Origin: a virus
Virus genome (UHGV): UHGV-0294044
DNA: 39,673 nucleotides
Direction: 5' to 3' (one strand)
In this document: in pieces, positions 1-8,200 of the stretch
Layout: the number at the start of each line of letters is the position of its first letter
Position numbering within the stretch: position 1 is the first letter of the stretch
Notes under the pieces: model-generated
Databases searched by the model: none
What the model was told of the DNA's origin: nothing
Seen by the model: the letters and a program-made list of their open reading frames with translations, nothing else
Made by a program: the position numbers and the translations under genes

Positions 1-1
1 G

Positions 2-1216
2 GATGAATACGGGAAGATATGGGGGACGTTCCAATGGCCAGACATCACAGACCCCGCAAGGCTCCTGGAAAAGGCCAAAGAATACCTGAAGGAGGTGTCC
101 GGGATACCGGATACGCTTAAGGTATCAGCCGTAGACCTGAATTATACTGGGGTAGACATCCGGCGCTTCCGGGTCGGATATTACACGACGGCTATCAGCA
201 AGCCTCACGGAGTCAGCAAGGACCTGTTACTGGCTCAGCTTGACATGTACCTGGATGACCCGGCAAAGGGCAGCATATCCCTTGGGACCACAGTGAGCAG
301 CTTTACAGGAGCCACCGTGAATAAGCAGGTAAGTATTTCAAAAGCCGTACAGGAATCCGAGGCAAAAACATATGAAGAACTGGCCCGGAAGATTGCCAAT
401 GCGACAAACCTTATCACAGGAGGGCTGGGAGGTTATGTTGTTCTTGACAGTCAAGACCCGGTTACAGGCAAGAAAATGCATCCCTGGCGCATCCTGGTCA
501 TGAACACACCGGACAAAGAGACCGCAACGAATATCATCCAGATAAATCAGAATGGCATCGGATTCTCCACCAGTGGCATCAACGGACCTTATCGTAACGC
601 CTGGACTATTGACGGTAACCTGTTGGCTGATTTCATCACTGCCGGCCAGATGCTGGCAGACCGCATCCGTGGCGGAATCCTGGAGGTAGGCGGGTATGGC
701 CTTGCTAAGGATGGAAAGATTGTGGTCAAGAACGCCAACGGAAACGAGATTGGAAGCTGGGACAATACAGGCCTGCACGTCCTTCTGGGAGTGATTCAGG
801 GCAGCACCATAATTGGTTCTGATATCATTAGTGGTACAATTGACATAGGTAACGGTACGTTCTATGTTGATGATGATGGAGCAGTGGGAATCCACTCCGG
901 TCAGATTGCTATTGGGAATACATGGATTACACCGAACTATTCATGGTTGGGGGATTTTGGCATATCAAGTAATAGTAGTGGATTACTTTATAGTCGAGAT
1001 AGTGAGCATTCAATCCAAATTGCATCAAGCTCATGGAGTGATGCACCTGTAAGTATAACATTACAACGCAATGGGAAATTAACTCGGATAGCCTGGGGAG
1101 GTATAAATACAGGGCGCATTGATTGTGATGATATTTATTTGTCCGACCCTTGGTGGGATAATTGGAGTTTAACTGATGAAATAAAATTACTACACAATAA
1201 AGTATTTGGTAGCTAA
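2..1216 (+). CDS. Tal-like tail receptor-binding/minor structural protein, C-terminal part (5' end upstream of window)
   Basis: Reading frame open from nt 2 to stop at 1214-1216; Gly/Asn/Ser-rich beta-type sequence typical of siphovirus tail-tip proteins; followed by tail-fibre genes and lysis cassette. Confidence 0.5.
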   Translation, partial: DEYGKIWGTFQWPDITDPARLLEKAKEYLKEVSGIPDTLKVSAVDLNYTGVDIRRFRVGYYTTAISKPHGVSKDLLLAQLDMYLDDPAKGSISLGTTVSSFTGATVNKQVSISKAVQESEAKTYEELARKIANATNLITGGLGGYVVLDSQDPVTGKKMHPWRILVMNTPDKETATNIIQINQNGIGFSTSGINGPYRNAWTIDGNLLADFITAGQMLADRIRGGILEVGGYGLAKDGKIVVKNANGNEIGSWDNTGLHVLLGVIQGSTIIGSDIISGTIDIGNGTFYVDDDGAVGIHSGQIAIGNTWITPNYSWLGDFGISSNSSGLLYSRDSEHSIQIASSSWSDAPVSITLQRNGKLTRIAWGGINTGRIDCDDIYLSDPWWDNWSLTDEIKLLHNKVFGS

Positions 1217-1278
1217 TGAAGGGAGGGTTGAATTAAAAGAGGTAATGATATATAATGCGGTTATAAGGGGGTATATTT

Positions 1279-1842
1279 ATGAGAAAATTTACAGTCATAT
1301 TAAGTGCATTATTATCTTTACTATTATCTTTTAATACTTTTGCAGTGGAAATTGAATATAATAATCCGAATGACCCAAATGAACCTACAGTCTATGCGTC
1401 AACACCAATGAAGGATAGTGACTATTCTTACGGGTATAGATGGATATGGTTAAACGATGATTTATGTGTGCAGATTCAGGCAAGTAAGTCAAAAACAGCT
1501 AAAGCCTCTAGGCGTGTGTTTCAAGACAAGTATGATGCTGGATTGTTGACACGCTGGTGTGAGGATGGGCAATTGAAAAATCGCGAGACTTATTCCGGTA
1601 AATGGAGCCAGTCAGAAGATGGAATCTGGTCCTTCCAGTTTGATGATTATACCATTCCGGTGGATGTCACTAAGATTGATGGTGTGTTGTATGCCTTTAA
1701 TGGGTACGGAGAGCTGGTTGAAGGATATGATTATTGGAACGGTCATAAGACTGCTGCAGACGGACTGGTGACTTGTACGGACCCTGAGTTTATTACCTAT
1801 CTGGAAACACAGTACATTCCAGACTGCACCAGCCATGAATAG
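1279..1842 (+). CDS. Secreted hypothetical protein (N-terminal signal peptide), AT-rich moron inside tail-fibre module
   Basis: RBS AAGGGGG 8 nt upstream; N-terminus MRKFTVILSALLSLLLSFNTFA is a classic signal peptide; visibly lower GC than flanks. Confidence 0.45.
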   Translation: MRKFTVILSALLSLLLSFNTFAVEIEYNNPNDPNEPTVYASTPMKDSDYSYGYRWIWLNDDLCVQIQASKSKTAKASRRVFQDKYDAGLLTRWCEDGQLKNRETYSGKWSQSEDGIWSFQFDDYTIPVDVTKIDGVLYAFNGYGELVEGYDYWNGHKTAADGLVTCTDPEFITYLETQYIPDCTSHE

Positions 1843-1861
1843 GATTTGATATGGATTGACG

Positions 1862-1893
1862 AGAGCGGGGACAATGCCTCGCTCTTTTTGTAT
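1862..1893 (+). terminator. Rho-independent terminator after secreted-protein gene
   Basis: AGAGCG-12nt loop-CGCTCT followed by TTTTTGTATG. Confidence 0.45.
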
Positions 1894-1914
1894 GCCGAAA
1901 GGAAGGTGATTGTT

Positions 1915-2511
1915 ATGGCAGCACAACCTGTACATATTGACATAAATCAGCAGATACAGGACTGGAAGAATGCCAGATATGGACGGCAGGTCAGGTCTGC
2001 TAATGTGGAGGCATTGACAGAGCTGCAAAACCAGATGAACGGCGCCGTGGATTATCTGATTGAGAAAGGTGAAGCTGTTGACCAGGCGGCCAGTGATGTC
2101 CAACAGGTACGGCAAGAAGCGCAGGACGCCGTTGACCATGCCAATGAGATTACAGAGGAATATAAGCAGTATGCAGATACGAAGTTGGCGGAAACCACGG
2201 AGCAGCGGCAGTTGGCAGAGACCGCAAAAGAAGAAGCAGACGAATCTGCCCTGCTGTCAGAAAGTTGGGCCCATGGAGGAACCGGAACAAGGCCAGGGGA
2301 GGATACAAATAACAGCGAGTATCACAGCCAGCAATCTAAGACCCAGGCTGACAGGGCAAAGGATGAAGCTGACAGAGCTAGTCAGTATTCGCAGATTACA
2401 GCTCCTGACTTTTATCTGGATATAGAGACCGGAGCTCTTTATCAAAAAGGCGGGGCCGGAGTTGATTTTGTTGTGGCTGACGCGATACTGTACTGGAAAA
2501 TCGTAGCATAA
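1915..2511 (+). CDS. Tail-fibre-associated structural protein (coiled-coil/charged)
   Basis: RBS GAAAGGAAGG; ATG at 1915 inside ORF 1846-2511; Q/E/A-rich coiled-coil-like; position between Tal and fibre gene. Confidence 0.45.
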   Translation: MAAQPVHIDINQQIQDWKNARYGRQVRSANVEALTELQNQMNGAVDYLIEKGEAVDQAASDVQQVRQEAQDAVDHANEITEEYKQYADTKLAETTEQRQLAETAKEEADESALLSESWAHGGTGTRPGEDTNNSEYHSQQSKTQADRAKDEADRASQYSQITAPDFYLDIETGALYQKGGAGVDFVVADAILYWKIVA

Positions 2512-2521
2512 GGAGGATATT

Positions 2522-3193
2522 ATGGCAGCACCAGAAGGATATACAAAGTTAGGAAATGTTGGCTACGCAGACAAGGGGGTATACAGCGCGGATGCCACGT
2601 ATAATAAGTACAATACGGTGTACCATGAGGGTAGTACCTATGTGGCGTTAAAGGATAACCTGCATGGAGTCACGCCGGCAGACGGTGCAAACTGGCGGTA
2701 TATGGCCAAGGGATTCACAGAGGCGTCAGCTGATGCTATTACCGTTATAGACACATCGGGAATCATTGACGGGACGAAGAATAAAAAAACTATCTTGCAG
2801 ACCTTCCTTGATAAGGTAGGGGATTTTATTATCAATAAAGCTGTGACTAATGATGCCCTTATGCTGAAACTGGCGGATTATGTAGCAAAGACGGATATTG
2901 TGCAGGTGGAGTCCACAGCTACAAATAAGGTCCCATCCAGCGCGTACCTTAAGCAGGTAAAAGATAGCATAGATAGCAATTTAGCAAATGTTTCCAGTAC
3001 TGCAACTACGGCCAACAACAAAGTGCAACTCGATGGTGGCCCAATTAAAATCATTGCCTACGCAGGTGATGGCAATTGGTCATTCCAGCAACAATATGGT
3101 GATGGACATATATTATCACTCAGCATTAACGATACTCAAATAGCTTACGATTACTATGACGGTAAAAACTGGACTCGTAAATGGACTAAATAA
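2522..3193 (+). CDS. Putative tail fibre / receptor-binding protein
   Basis: RBS AGGAGG before ATG; Thr/Ser/Asn-rich, position in tail-fibre module. Confidence 0.45.
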   Translation: MAAPEGYTKLGNVGYADKGVYSADATYNKYNTVYHEGSTYVALKDNLHGVTPADGANWRYMAKGFTEASADAITVIDTSGIIDGTKNKKTILQTFLDKVGDFIINKAVTNDALMLKLADYVAKTDIVQVESTATNKVPSSAYLKQVKDSIDSNLANVSSTATTANNKVQLDGGPIKIIAYAGDGNWSFQQQYGDGHILSLSINDTQIAYDYYDGKNWTRKWTK

Positions 3194-3196
3194 TCA

Positions 3197-3499
3197 CTTT
3201 TTAATCCCTACTATCAAGTAAGCTATAGACAAGCTGGAACCAGAAACAAAGTTTACTTTTCCAGACCTTATATAAACAGTGTTGTTTACATTAAAAGGAT
3301 AGGGTTCATTATTAATAAATCCATCAGTGTCTGAGTCAAAACTCAAAAATATTTTATAGGATTTAAAATCAGAAACATCAATGGTGGCCTGTAAATATCC
3401 AGCATCTCTGTATCTGCAAATAACTGTCCCGTATTTTATTAACGGTATTGACTCTAAATTGCTATTTGTGATAAGAAAAAATGAATCGTAACCTGCAAA
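3197..3499 (-). pseudogene. Start-less ~100-codon open frame antiparallel to tail-fibre gene (5'-truncated gene remnant or alternative C-terminal cassette)
   Basis: Minus-strand frame open from stop at ~3500 to TGA at 3197 with no ATG (FAGYDSFFLITNSNLESIPLIKYGTVIC...SGSSLSIAYLIVGIKK); therefore absent from M-initiated ORF track. Confidence 0.25.
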
Positions 3500-3502
3500 T
3501 TA

Positions 3503-3530
3503 GGTCCCTAAACCAGGGACTTATTTTATT
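3503..3530 (+). terminator. Rho-independent terminator
   Basis: GGTCCCT-AAACC-AGGGAC then TTATTTTATT. Confidence 0.45.
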
Positions 3531-3572
3531 GCCTGGCGTCCGGCATGTCCGGCCAGGCGGAAAGGAAAATAT

Positions 3573-3983
3573 ATGAATGAAAAAATTGTATTGAAAAACG
3601 GGAAGGAGTACCCGCTGGTCATCGGCGGCACGTCCTCCACGCCCCGCGCTCTGCAGCTTATCTTCCAGGCGGAGGAACCCTTGGAGGACATCGTGACCGT
3701 GTTTGCGAATGCTGCAGCCACGGAGCAGATTAAGACTGTCAATGAGGATGGCAGCACCCTGGCCGTGTATGATGATTATACGGTGCTGGATAATCCAAAG
3801 AGTATTGATGACGACTATCTCATTACCCCGGAGCAGTACGGAGAGGACGGAGCCGTCACTGCGGAGGCTGTATATGGCCGTGTGGCGTTCCTAACGCTAT
3901 CTCAGCCAGGTGTAGAGGCCGCGGCGGAGCATAACAGGGCTGACATTGATTTCCTGGCTGTGATGACCGGGACAGACTTATAG
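3573..3983 (+). CDS. Hypothetical phage protein (tail-fibre/lysis-proximal)
   Basis: RBS GGAAAGGAAAA; GC-rich acidic protein; position equivalent to xkdW-like gene. Confidence 0.4.
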   Translation: MNEKIVLKNGKEYPLVIGGTSSTPRALQLIFQAEEPLEDIVTVFANAAATEQIKTVNEDGSTLAVYDDYTVLDNPKSIDDDYLITPEQYGEDGAVTAEAVYGRVAFLTLSQPGVEAAAEHNRADIDFLAVMTGTDL

Positions 3984-3994
3984 GAGGTGAGACC

Positions 3995-4129
3995 ATGGAT
4001 GTAAAAGGACTGGCGCAGAAGTATTACCCGAGATTATGGGACATTGACCGGCTTAAGGCCCTGGTGGCCGCGGGTAAACTGTCCGAGGCGGACTACAAGG
4101 AGATTACCGGAGAGGACTACACAAAGTAA
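3995..4129 (+). CDS. XkdX-family small phage protein (44 aa)
   Basis: RBS AGGAGGTGA; MDVKGLAQKYYPRLWDIDRLKALVAAGKLSEADYKEITGEDYTK matches XkdX pattern (..ITEEEYxEITG..); not in ORF track because <60 aa. Confidence 0.5.
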   Translation: MDVKGLAQKYYPRLWDIDRLKALVAAGKLSEADYKEITGEDYTK

Positions 4130-4138
4130 GGAGACATC

Positions 4139-4480
4139 ATGGGTGTGATAGCACAATACATAAGTGTTCATTGGGTGGAATGGTTGTTTGTAGCCATCTC
4201 CACCCTTTTAGGATTTGGGTACCGGCAGATACTCAAAAGACAAAAAGAGGAATCCGTAAAGACAGCGGCCCTCCATGATGGTATGCAGGCACTTTTGAGG
4301 GACCGTATCATACAGGCCTACAATCATTATCAGGATAAGACATTTTGCCCGATATATGGTAAAGAGAATGTTAAGCGGATGTATGACGCATACCATGTCC
4401 TGGGCGGTAATGATGTGGCAACAGAACTGAAAGACAAGCTTATGAAGATGCCGGAAGAACCGGCAGAAAGAGAGGTATAG
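4139..4480 (+). CDS. Lysis-cassette membrane protein (N-terminal TM anchor; holin/antiholin-like)
   Basis: RBS AAGGAGA; one N-terminal TM helix then charged helical domain; sits directly before holin and endolysin. Confidence 0.4.
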   Translation: MGVIAQYISVHWVEWLFVAISTLLGFGYRQILKRQKEESVKTAALHDGMQALLRDRIIQAYNHYQDKTFCPIYGKENVKRMYDAYHVLGGNDVATELKDKLMKMPEEPAEREV

Positions 4481-4483
4481 AGT

Positions 4484-4744
4484 ATGGATTTATCGTTTTT
4501 TAGCAATTACACAGTGGTGGTCATTGTGGGAATTTGCCTGATTACAGGCTACATAGCCAAAAAGTGGGTGAAAGACCTGGATAACAAATACATCCCCACC
4601 ATGGTGGCCCTGCTGGGCGCGGCCCTTAACATCTGGATTATGGGCGGGGTAAGCCCGGATATCATCTTGGCCGGGGCCTTTAGCGGGCTGGCAAGTACGG
4701 GCCTGCACCAGGCGTTTAAACAGCTCATAGAGGGTAGACAGTAA
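4484..4744 (+). CDS. Holin (2 TM helices)
   Basis: 86 aa, two hydrophobic helices, charged C-terminus, immediately upstream of endolysin. Confidence 0.55.
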   Translation: MDLSFFSNYTVVVIVGICLITGYIAKKWVKDLDNKYIPTMVALLGAALNIWIMGGVSPDIILAGAFSGLASTGLHQAFKQLIEGRQ

Positions 4745-4815
4745 TTTGTTGCGATATCGCAACTTATCATGGCCTGGGAATAGTCCCGGGCCTTATTTTT
4801 TTGATTGGAGGCTTT

Positions 4816-5643
4816 ATGAAATCAATAGATAAATTACTGAATGTTGCAAAGAATGAGATTGGATATCTGGAGAAACGTAGTAACATCCAACTTGACAGCA
4901 AGACCGCGAATGCTGGCAGCAGCAATTATACAAAGTATGCCAGGGACCTGTACCCATCTCTCCAGGGGCAGCCGTGGTGTGACATGTTTGTGGACTGGTG
5001 CTTTGTGCAGGCTTTTGGCCGGGTAGCGGCGCAGCAGCTTCTGGGTGGTGGATTCTCCGCCTACACCCCTACGTCGGCTCAGTATTATAAAATCAAGGGA
5101 CAGTATCACAAGGATAGCCCACAGCCGGGGGACCAGATATTTTTTAAAAACTCCCAGCGCATCTGTCATACAGGCATCGTCTATGAGGTCACTATGACCA
5201 AGGTTAGGACCATTGAGGGCAACACCAGTGACGGCAGCGAGGTGGTTGCCAATGGCGGAGCAGTATGCTGTAAGGAGTACAGCTTAGATAACAGCAGGAT
5301 TGACGGATATGGACGTCCTGACTGGTCGCTGGTAGAGCGGCCGGAGTATGAGGTGGGCTGGCACCATGATAATAATGGTTGGTGGTACCGCAGACCAGAT
5401 GGAACTTACCCGGCTAATAAGTGGTGTGTCATAAATCACCATTGGTACTTATTTAATAAGGATGGTTATGCCTGCACCAGCTGGCACCGCTGGAATGGCA
5501 CCGTGTGCGACCCGGAGGACGGCTCAGGAGACTGGTACTATTTCGACCCGACACCGAATGGACTGCTGGAGGGAGCCTGCTGGCATAGCCAGGATAATGG
5601 CGCCCAGCAAATCTGGTACATAGAGGATTCTAATTCAATATAA
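4816..5643 (+). CDS. Endolysin: CHAP/NlpC-P60-type peptidase domain + C-terminal aromatic (W/Y-rich) cell-wall-binding repeats
   Basis: GGAGG-4nt-ATG at 4816; N-terminal ...QPWCDMFVDWCF...ICHTGIV (Cys/His peptidase); C-terminal repeated GWW/WYYF motifs typical of choline/cell-wall-binding repeats. Confidence 0.7.
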   Translation: MKSIDKLLNVAKNEIGYLEKRSNIQLDSKTANAGSSNYTKYARDLYPSLQGQPWCDMFVDWCFVQAFGRVAAQQLLGGGFSAYTPTSAQYYKIKGQYHKDSPQPGDQIFFKNSQRICHTGIVYEVTMTKVRTIEGNTSDGSEVVANGGAVCCKEYSLDNSRIDGYGRPDWSLVERPEYEVGWHHDNNGWWYRRPDGTYPANKWCVINHHWYLFNKDGYACTSWHRWNGTVCDPEDGSGDWYYFDPTPNGLLEGACWHSQDNGAQQIWYIEDSNSI

Positions 5644-5696
5644 AAGCGCCAGATTTTTACACTGACGCTTCTATAAATAGTATACCATCTTCGGAA

Positions 5697-5720
5697 ATAT
5701 GCAACACGATATGCAACACG
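5697..5720. repeat. Tandem 2 x 12-bp direct repeat ATATGCAACACG (candidate integrase arm-type sites, P side)
   Basis: Exact tandem duplication; same core TGCAACACG recurs at 5893-5914. Confidence 0.5.
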
Positions 5721-5789
5721 GAGCCTGGAAACCGCATAAAACCGTTGTATTTTACGGGTCCGATTCCCGTCAGCAGCTTTTCCATAAAA

Positions 5790-5835
5790 CCTTGTAGATA
5801 CGGGAAAAACAACGTATTTACAAGGTTTTTTCATG
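5790..5835. terminator. Bidirectional rho-independent terminator between convergent endolysin and integrase genes
   Basis: CCTTGTA-GATACG...CGTATT-TACAAGG long hairpin followed by TTTTTTCATGTTTTT on + strand and TTTTATGG on - strand. Confidence 0.55.
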
Positions 5836-5892
5836 TTTTTAAACATCACTTCCTCTGCTTATCACGGAGGAATATACTATAATTTTTATGAT

Positions 5893-5914
5893 ATATGCAA
5901 CACGATGCAACACG
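5893..5914. repeat. Direct repeat ATATGCAACACG+ATGCAACACG (candidate integrase arm-type sites, P' side)
   Basis: Third and fourth copies of TGCAACACG, 20 bp from integrase stop codon. Confidence 0.5.
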
Positions 5915-5931
5915 AAAAATATGCCGTTTTA

Positions 5932-7023
5932 TTACATACTGTTCAATTTTTCAAAGTGCTTATTAATTTTTTTATTTTGCCGGACGGTTTCAGAGTCAAT
6001 TGCATTTCTGTATACGGTTTTCATAATATTATCGCTGGCCCATCCTCCCCGCTGCAAAATATATTGGTCCGGTATCCCTATAGCGTGCATAATGGATGCG
6101 GCATAATGCCGTAGGTCGTGAAAGCGGAAATGGGGTATGTCAATCTTTTTGAGTACTCGCCCGAATCGGTGTGTGATGTAATCCGGGTTCATATCAACCA
6201 GCTTTCCTTTTTTTTCAGATATCCGGTCAATTACAAATGCGGGCATTTCTACATCCCTTGTACTATCATCCGTTTTAGGCTGTTTGATGTACCATTGATT
6301 GTCTGGCCCCTTGACCATATTGTCTCTTACATGGATAATACGACCCTCTACATTTTTATCAGTAAGGGCGCTTATCTCTCCGCGTCTGAGTGGTCCAAAG
6401 GCTGCTAGTAAAACAGCTATTTCTAAATCAGTACCTTTGATTGCCTCCAGCAGCTTTTTAATATCATTGTCATTGGGGCAATATAATTCAGGACGTTTTT
6501 TCTGAGGAAGTTTAACTTTTAGAGTTAAATCCGGTGCAAACATCTCCAGGGATGCAGATAACAGGCCATAGGCATTTCGGACTGTCTTTGGAGAGAGTTG
6601 TTTAGAGGCCAAATCACTTATCCATATCTGTACAGATGGATTCGTTAGTTCTGAGAGCCGTTTACGCCCAAATGCTCCGCCGAAATACTGTCTTTGCATA
6701 CCTGTGTACCCTCTAAGCGTGGAAGGGCTTAAAACGCCTTTCTTGACGTTTAAATAACGTTCAATAGCTTGGTTCACTGTTATATCTTCGTCCTCGTCCT
6801 CATCCGGTTCATTGTATTGCTCTATGGGCTTATCTTTCATATCTAATTTCCATCGAGTAGCCATTTCCTTTGCTTCCTTGCGTGATGGAGCAACAAAGCT
6901 TTTGTAATGCCGCTTGCCTTTATCATCTGTATACAGATACACTTGCACTCGGACATTTCCAGACGGCAGTTCTCCTTTTTTCTTTTTCGGGGCTTTCTTT
7001 GTCATTTCTCTTTCCTCCTTCAA
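5932..7023 (-). CDS. int: Phage integrase, tyrosine recombinase with N-terminal arm-DNA-binding domain
   Basis: Catalytic signature R(LRRGE)...HDLRHY...Y(KTVYRN); basic N-terminal region resembling arm-binding (AP2-like) domain; adjacent to repressor module. Confidence 0.85.
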   Translation of the reverse strand: MKEEREMTKKAPKKKKGELPSGNVRVQVYLYTDDKGKRHYKSFVAPSRKEAKEMATRWKLDMKDKPIEQYNEPDEDEDEDITVNQAIERYLNVKKGVLSPSTLRGYTGMQRQYFGGAFGRKRLSELTNPSVQIWISDLASKQLSPKTVRNAYGLLSASLEMFAPDLTLKVKLPQKKRPELYCPNDNDIKKLLEAIKGTDLEIAVLLAAFGPLRRGEISALTDKNVEGRIIHVRDNMVKGPDNQWYIKQPKTDDSTRDVEMPAFVIDRISEKKGKLVDMNPDYITHRFGRVLKKIDIPHFRFHDLRHYAASIMHAIGIPDQYILQRGGWASDNIMKTVYRNAIDSETVRQNKKINKHFEKLNSM

Positions 7024-7070
7024 TTGATTTCCCTAAAAATAGGTATAAAAAATACAGCTCCGCAAATATC

Positions 7071-7099
7071 TTGCAAAGCCGCCCCGAAGATGGTACAAT
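7071..7099 (+). promoter_or_regulatory. Sigma-70-like promoter TTGCAA-17-TACAAT (plus strand, opposite to int)
   Basis: Near-consensus hexamers with 17-bp spacer; -10 sits inside an 8-bp inverted repeat CCGAAGAT...ATCTTCGG (7083-7128). Confidence 0.35.
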
Positions 7100-7105
7100 A
7101 TAGGT

Positions 7106-7178
7106 GCGATTATAGTGCATATCTTCGGGTATGTGGGCCGGTTCCTGTTGGTGCAGGGGCCGGCTGATTTTGTTGTTG
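7106..7178 (+). ncRNA. Candidate ~70-nt small RNA defined by promoter 7071-7099 and terminator 7137-7178
   Basis: Promoter and intrinsic terminator ~40 nt apart with no ORF between; would be antisense to the int 5' leader. Confidence 0.25.
7137..7178 (+). terminator. Rho-independent terminator (GCCGGUUCCUG-UUGGUG-CAGGGGCCGGC + U-tract)
   Basis: 11-bp stem with two G-U pairs (plus-strand specific) followed by TGATTTTGTTGTTG. Confidence 0.5.
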
Positions 7179-7257
7179 AAAATTTTCTATGTTTGATATA
7201 TAATATACTTAACAAGAGAACCGATGACTAGCTGAAACCTAGCCACCCCGGTATATG

Positions 7258-7304
7258 TAAAAAATAACGCCTTACTTTACCAGAGCGAGGGCGTTATTTT
7301 TTAT
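7258..7304. terminator. Bidirectional terminator-like hairpin (AATAACGCC...GGCGTTATT) with flanking A/T runs
   Basis: 9-bp perfect stem, 17-nt loop, AAAAAA upstream and TTTTTT downstream. Confidence 0.35.
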
Positions 7305-7459
7305 GCTTAACAAGAGTTATGACTGCTACGAGCATGATAACAAATGTAAATAAGTCATTAAAAGTAACGTACATAAGCACCAGCCCCTTTCTCTTAAGAG
7401 TAGGTGGCTAGAATAGCGCCCCATCGGTTCCCAGGGTAAGTATATTATATTATCAAGGT

Positions 7460-7500
7460 GGTGCCCCTGTTGGCGCAAGGGCCGGTTTAGTTTTATATTA
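7460..7500 (+). terminator. Second, diverged copy of the 7141-7164 hairpin motif followed by U-rich tract
   Basis: CCTGTTGG(C/T)GCA(A/G)GGGCCGG shared 17/19 with first copy; weaker stem GCCCCUG/CAAGGGC then TTTAGTTTTATATTATT. Confidence 0.3.
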
Positions 7501-7628
7501 TTCTGAATAAACAAACACAACTTTTCTGATGTAAAGGAATTAGGGCTAAATTCAATTTCAATTTCTTTGGCATCAGAAAGAACTTCAAACGCTAATCCAG
7601 TCCTTTTTCTTCCTGCTGACATACTAAC

Positions 7629-8168
7629 TTATATGCCAAAATTATATAACTGATTGAAATATTCATTTACAGAATCTACAGCATTATTTATCTGCATTTT
7701 TGTGTACCATACCCAAAATAAATATAGACTTACCTGTATTAATAATATCAAAACTGTAAACATGATTCTTTCTTGTAGTGTACGTTTTCCGGTTGTCCAA
7801 TTCAGTATTAATCCAATTGGCCAACAGCAAAACAAGGATAATACAGCAATAAAAACATTTTTAGAATAGATAGGGTCATCATCTGTATTATGTTTTTCAA
7901 TTACTAAATCAGGGTACCGTTCTTCGATGTAATCTATTGCTCGTTGTATTGCTGCATTCGATTTTCGCGGGAAGCAAAACCTTTCAAAATGTCCATATGT
8001 ATCATGAAAATCCATATATCCACCTTCGGTCATGGTACGAAAACAATATTCAATTTTTGAAATATCACTATAATGGATTTTTATTAATTTATATTTCCAT
8101 TGATAATCTTTTATGTTAACCTCTGTTTTTCCTATGTACAACTCTTGAGATTTGCCTTTTATACTCAT
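7629..8168 (-). CDS. Membrane protein moron (N-terminal ~100-aa soluble domain + 2 C-terminal TM helices); candidate superinfection-exclusion/abortive-infection protein
   Basis: 179-aa ORF in strongly AT-rich segment between int and repressor; hydrophobic segments VFIAVLSLFCCWPIGLILNW and IMFTVLILLIQVSLYLFWVWY. Confidence 0.5.
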   Translation of the reverse strand: MSIKGKSQELYIGKTEVNIKDYQWKYKLIKIHYSDISKIEYCFRTMTEGGYMDFHDTYGHFERFCFPRKSNAAIQRAIDYIEERYPDLVIEKHNTDDDPIYSKNVFIAVLSLFCCWPIGLILNWTTGKRTLQERIMFTVLILLIQVSLYLFWVWYTKMQINNAVDSVNEYFNQLYNFGI

Positions 8169-8200
8169 AAAATCCCCCCATTAACTTAATGTTCCTTAAG

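Noticed and set aside
2060-2425. 121-aa plus-strand ORF in an alternative frame
   Set aside because: It is embedded in tail-fibre-associated gene 1915-2511, with an Arg/Lys/Pro-rich low-complexity product typical of off-frame translation.
7326-7622. 98-aa minus-strand ORF
   Set aside because: It has no RBS, runs across three terminator-like hairpins and the repeated CTTAACAAGAG/GGCCGG motifs, and has an implausible hydrophobic/Leu-rich tail. The region is better explained as structured non-coding DNA.
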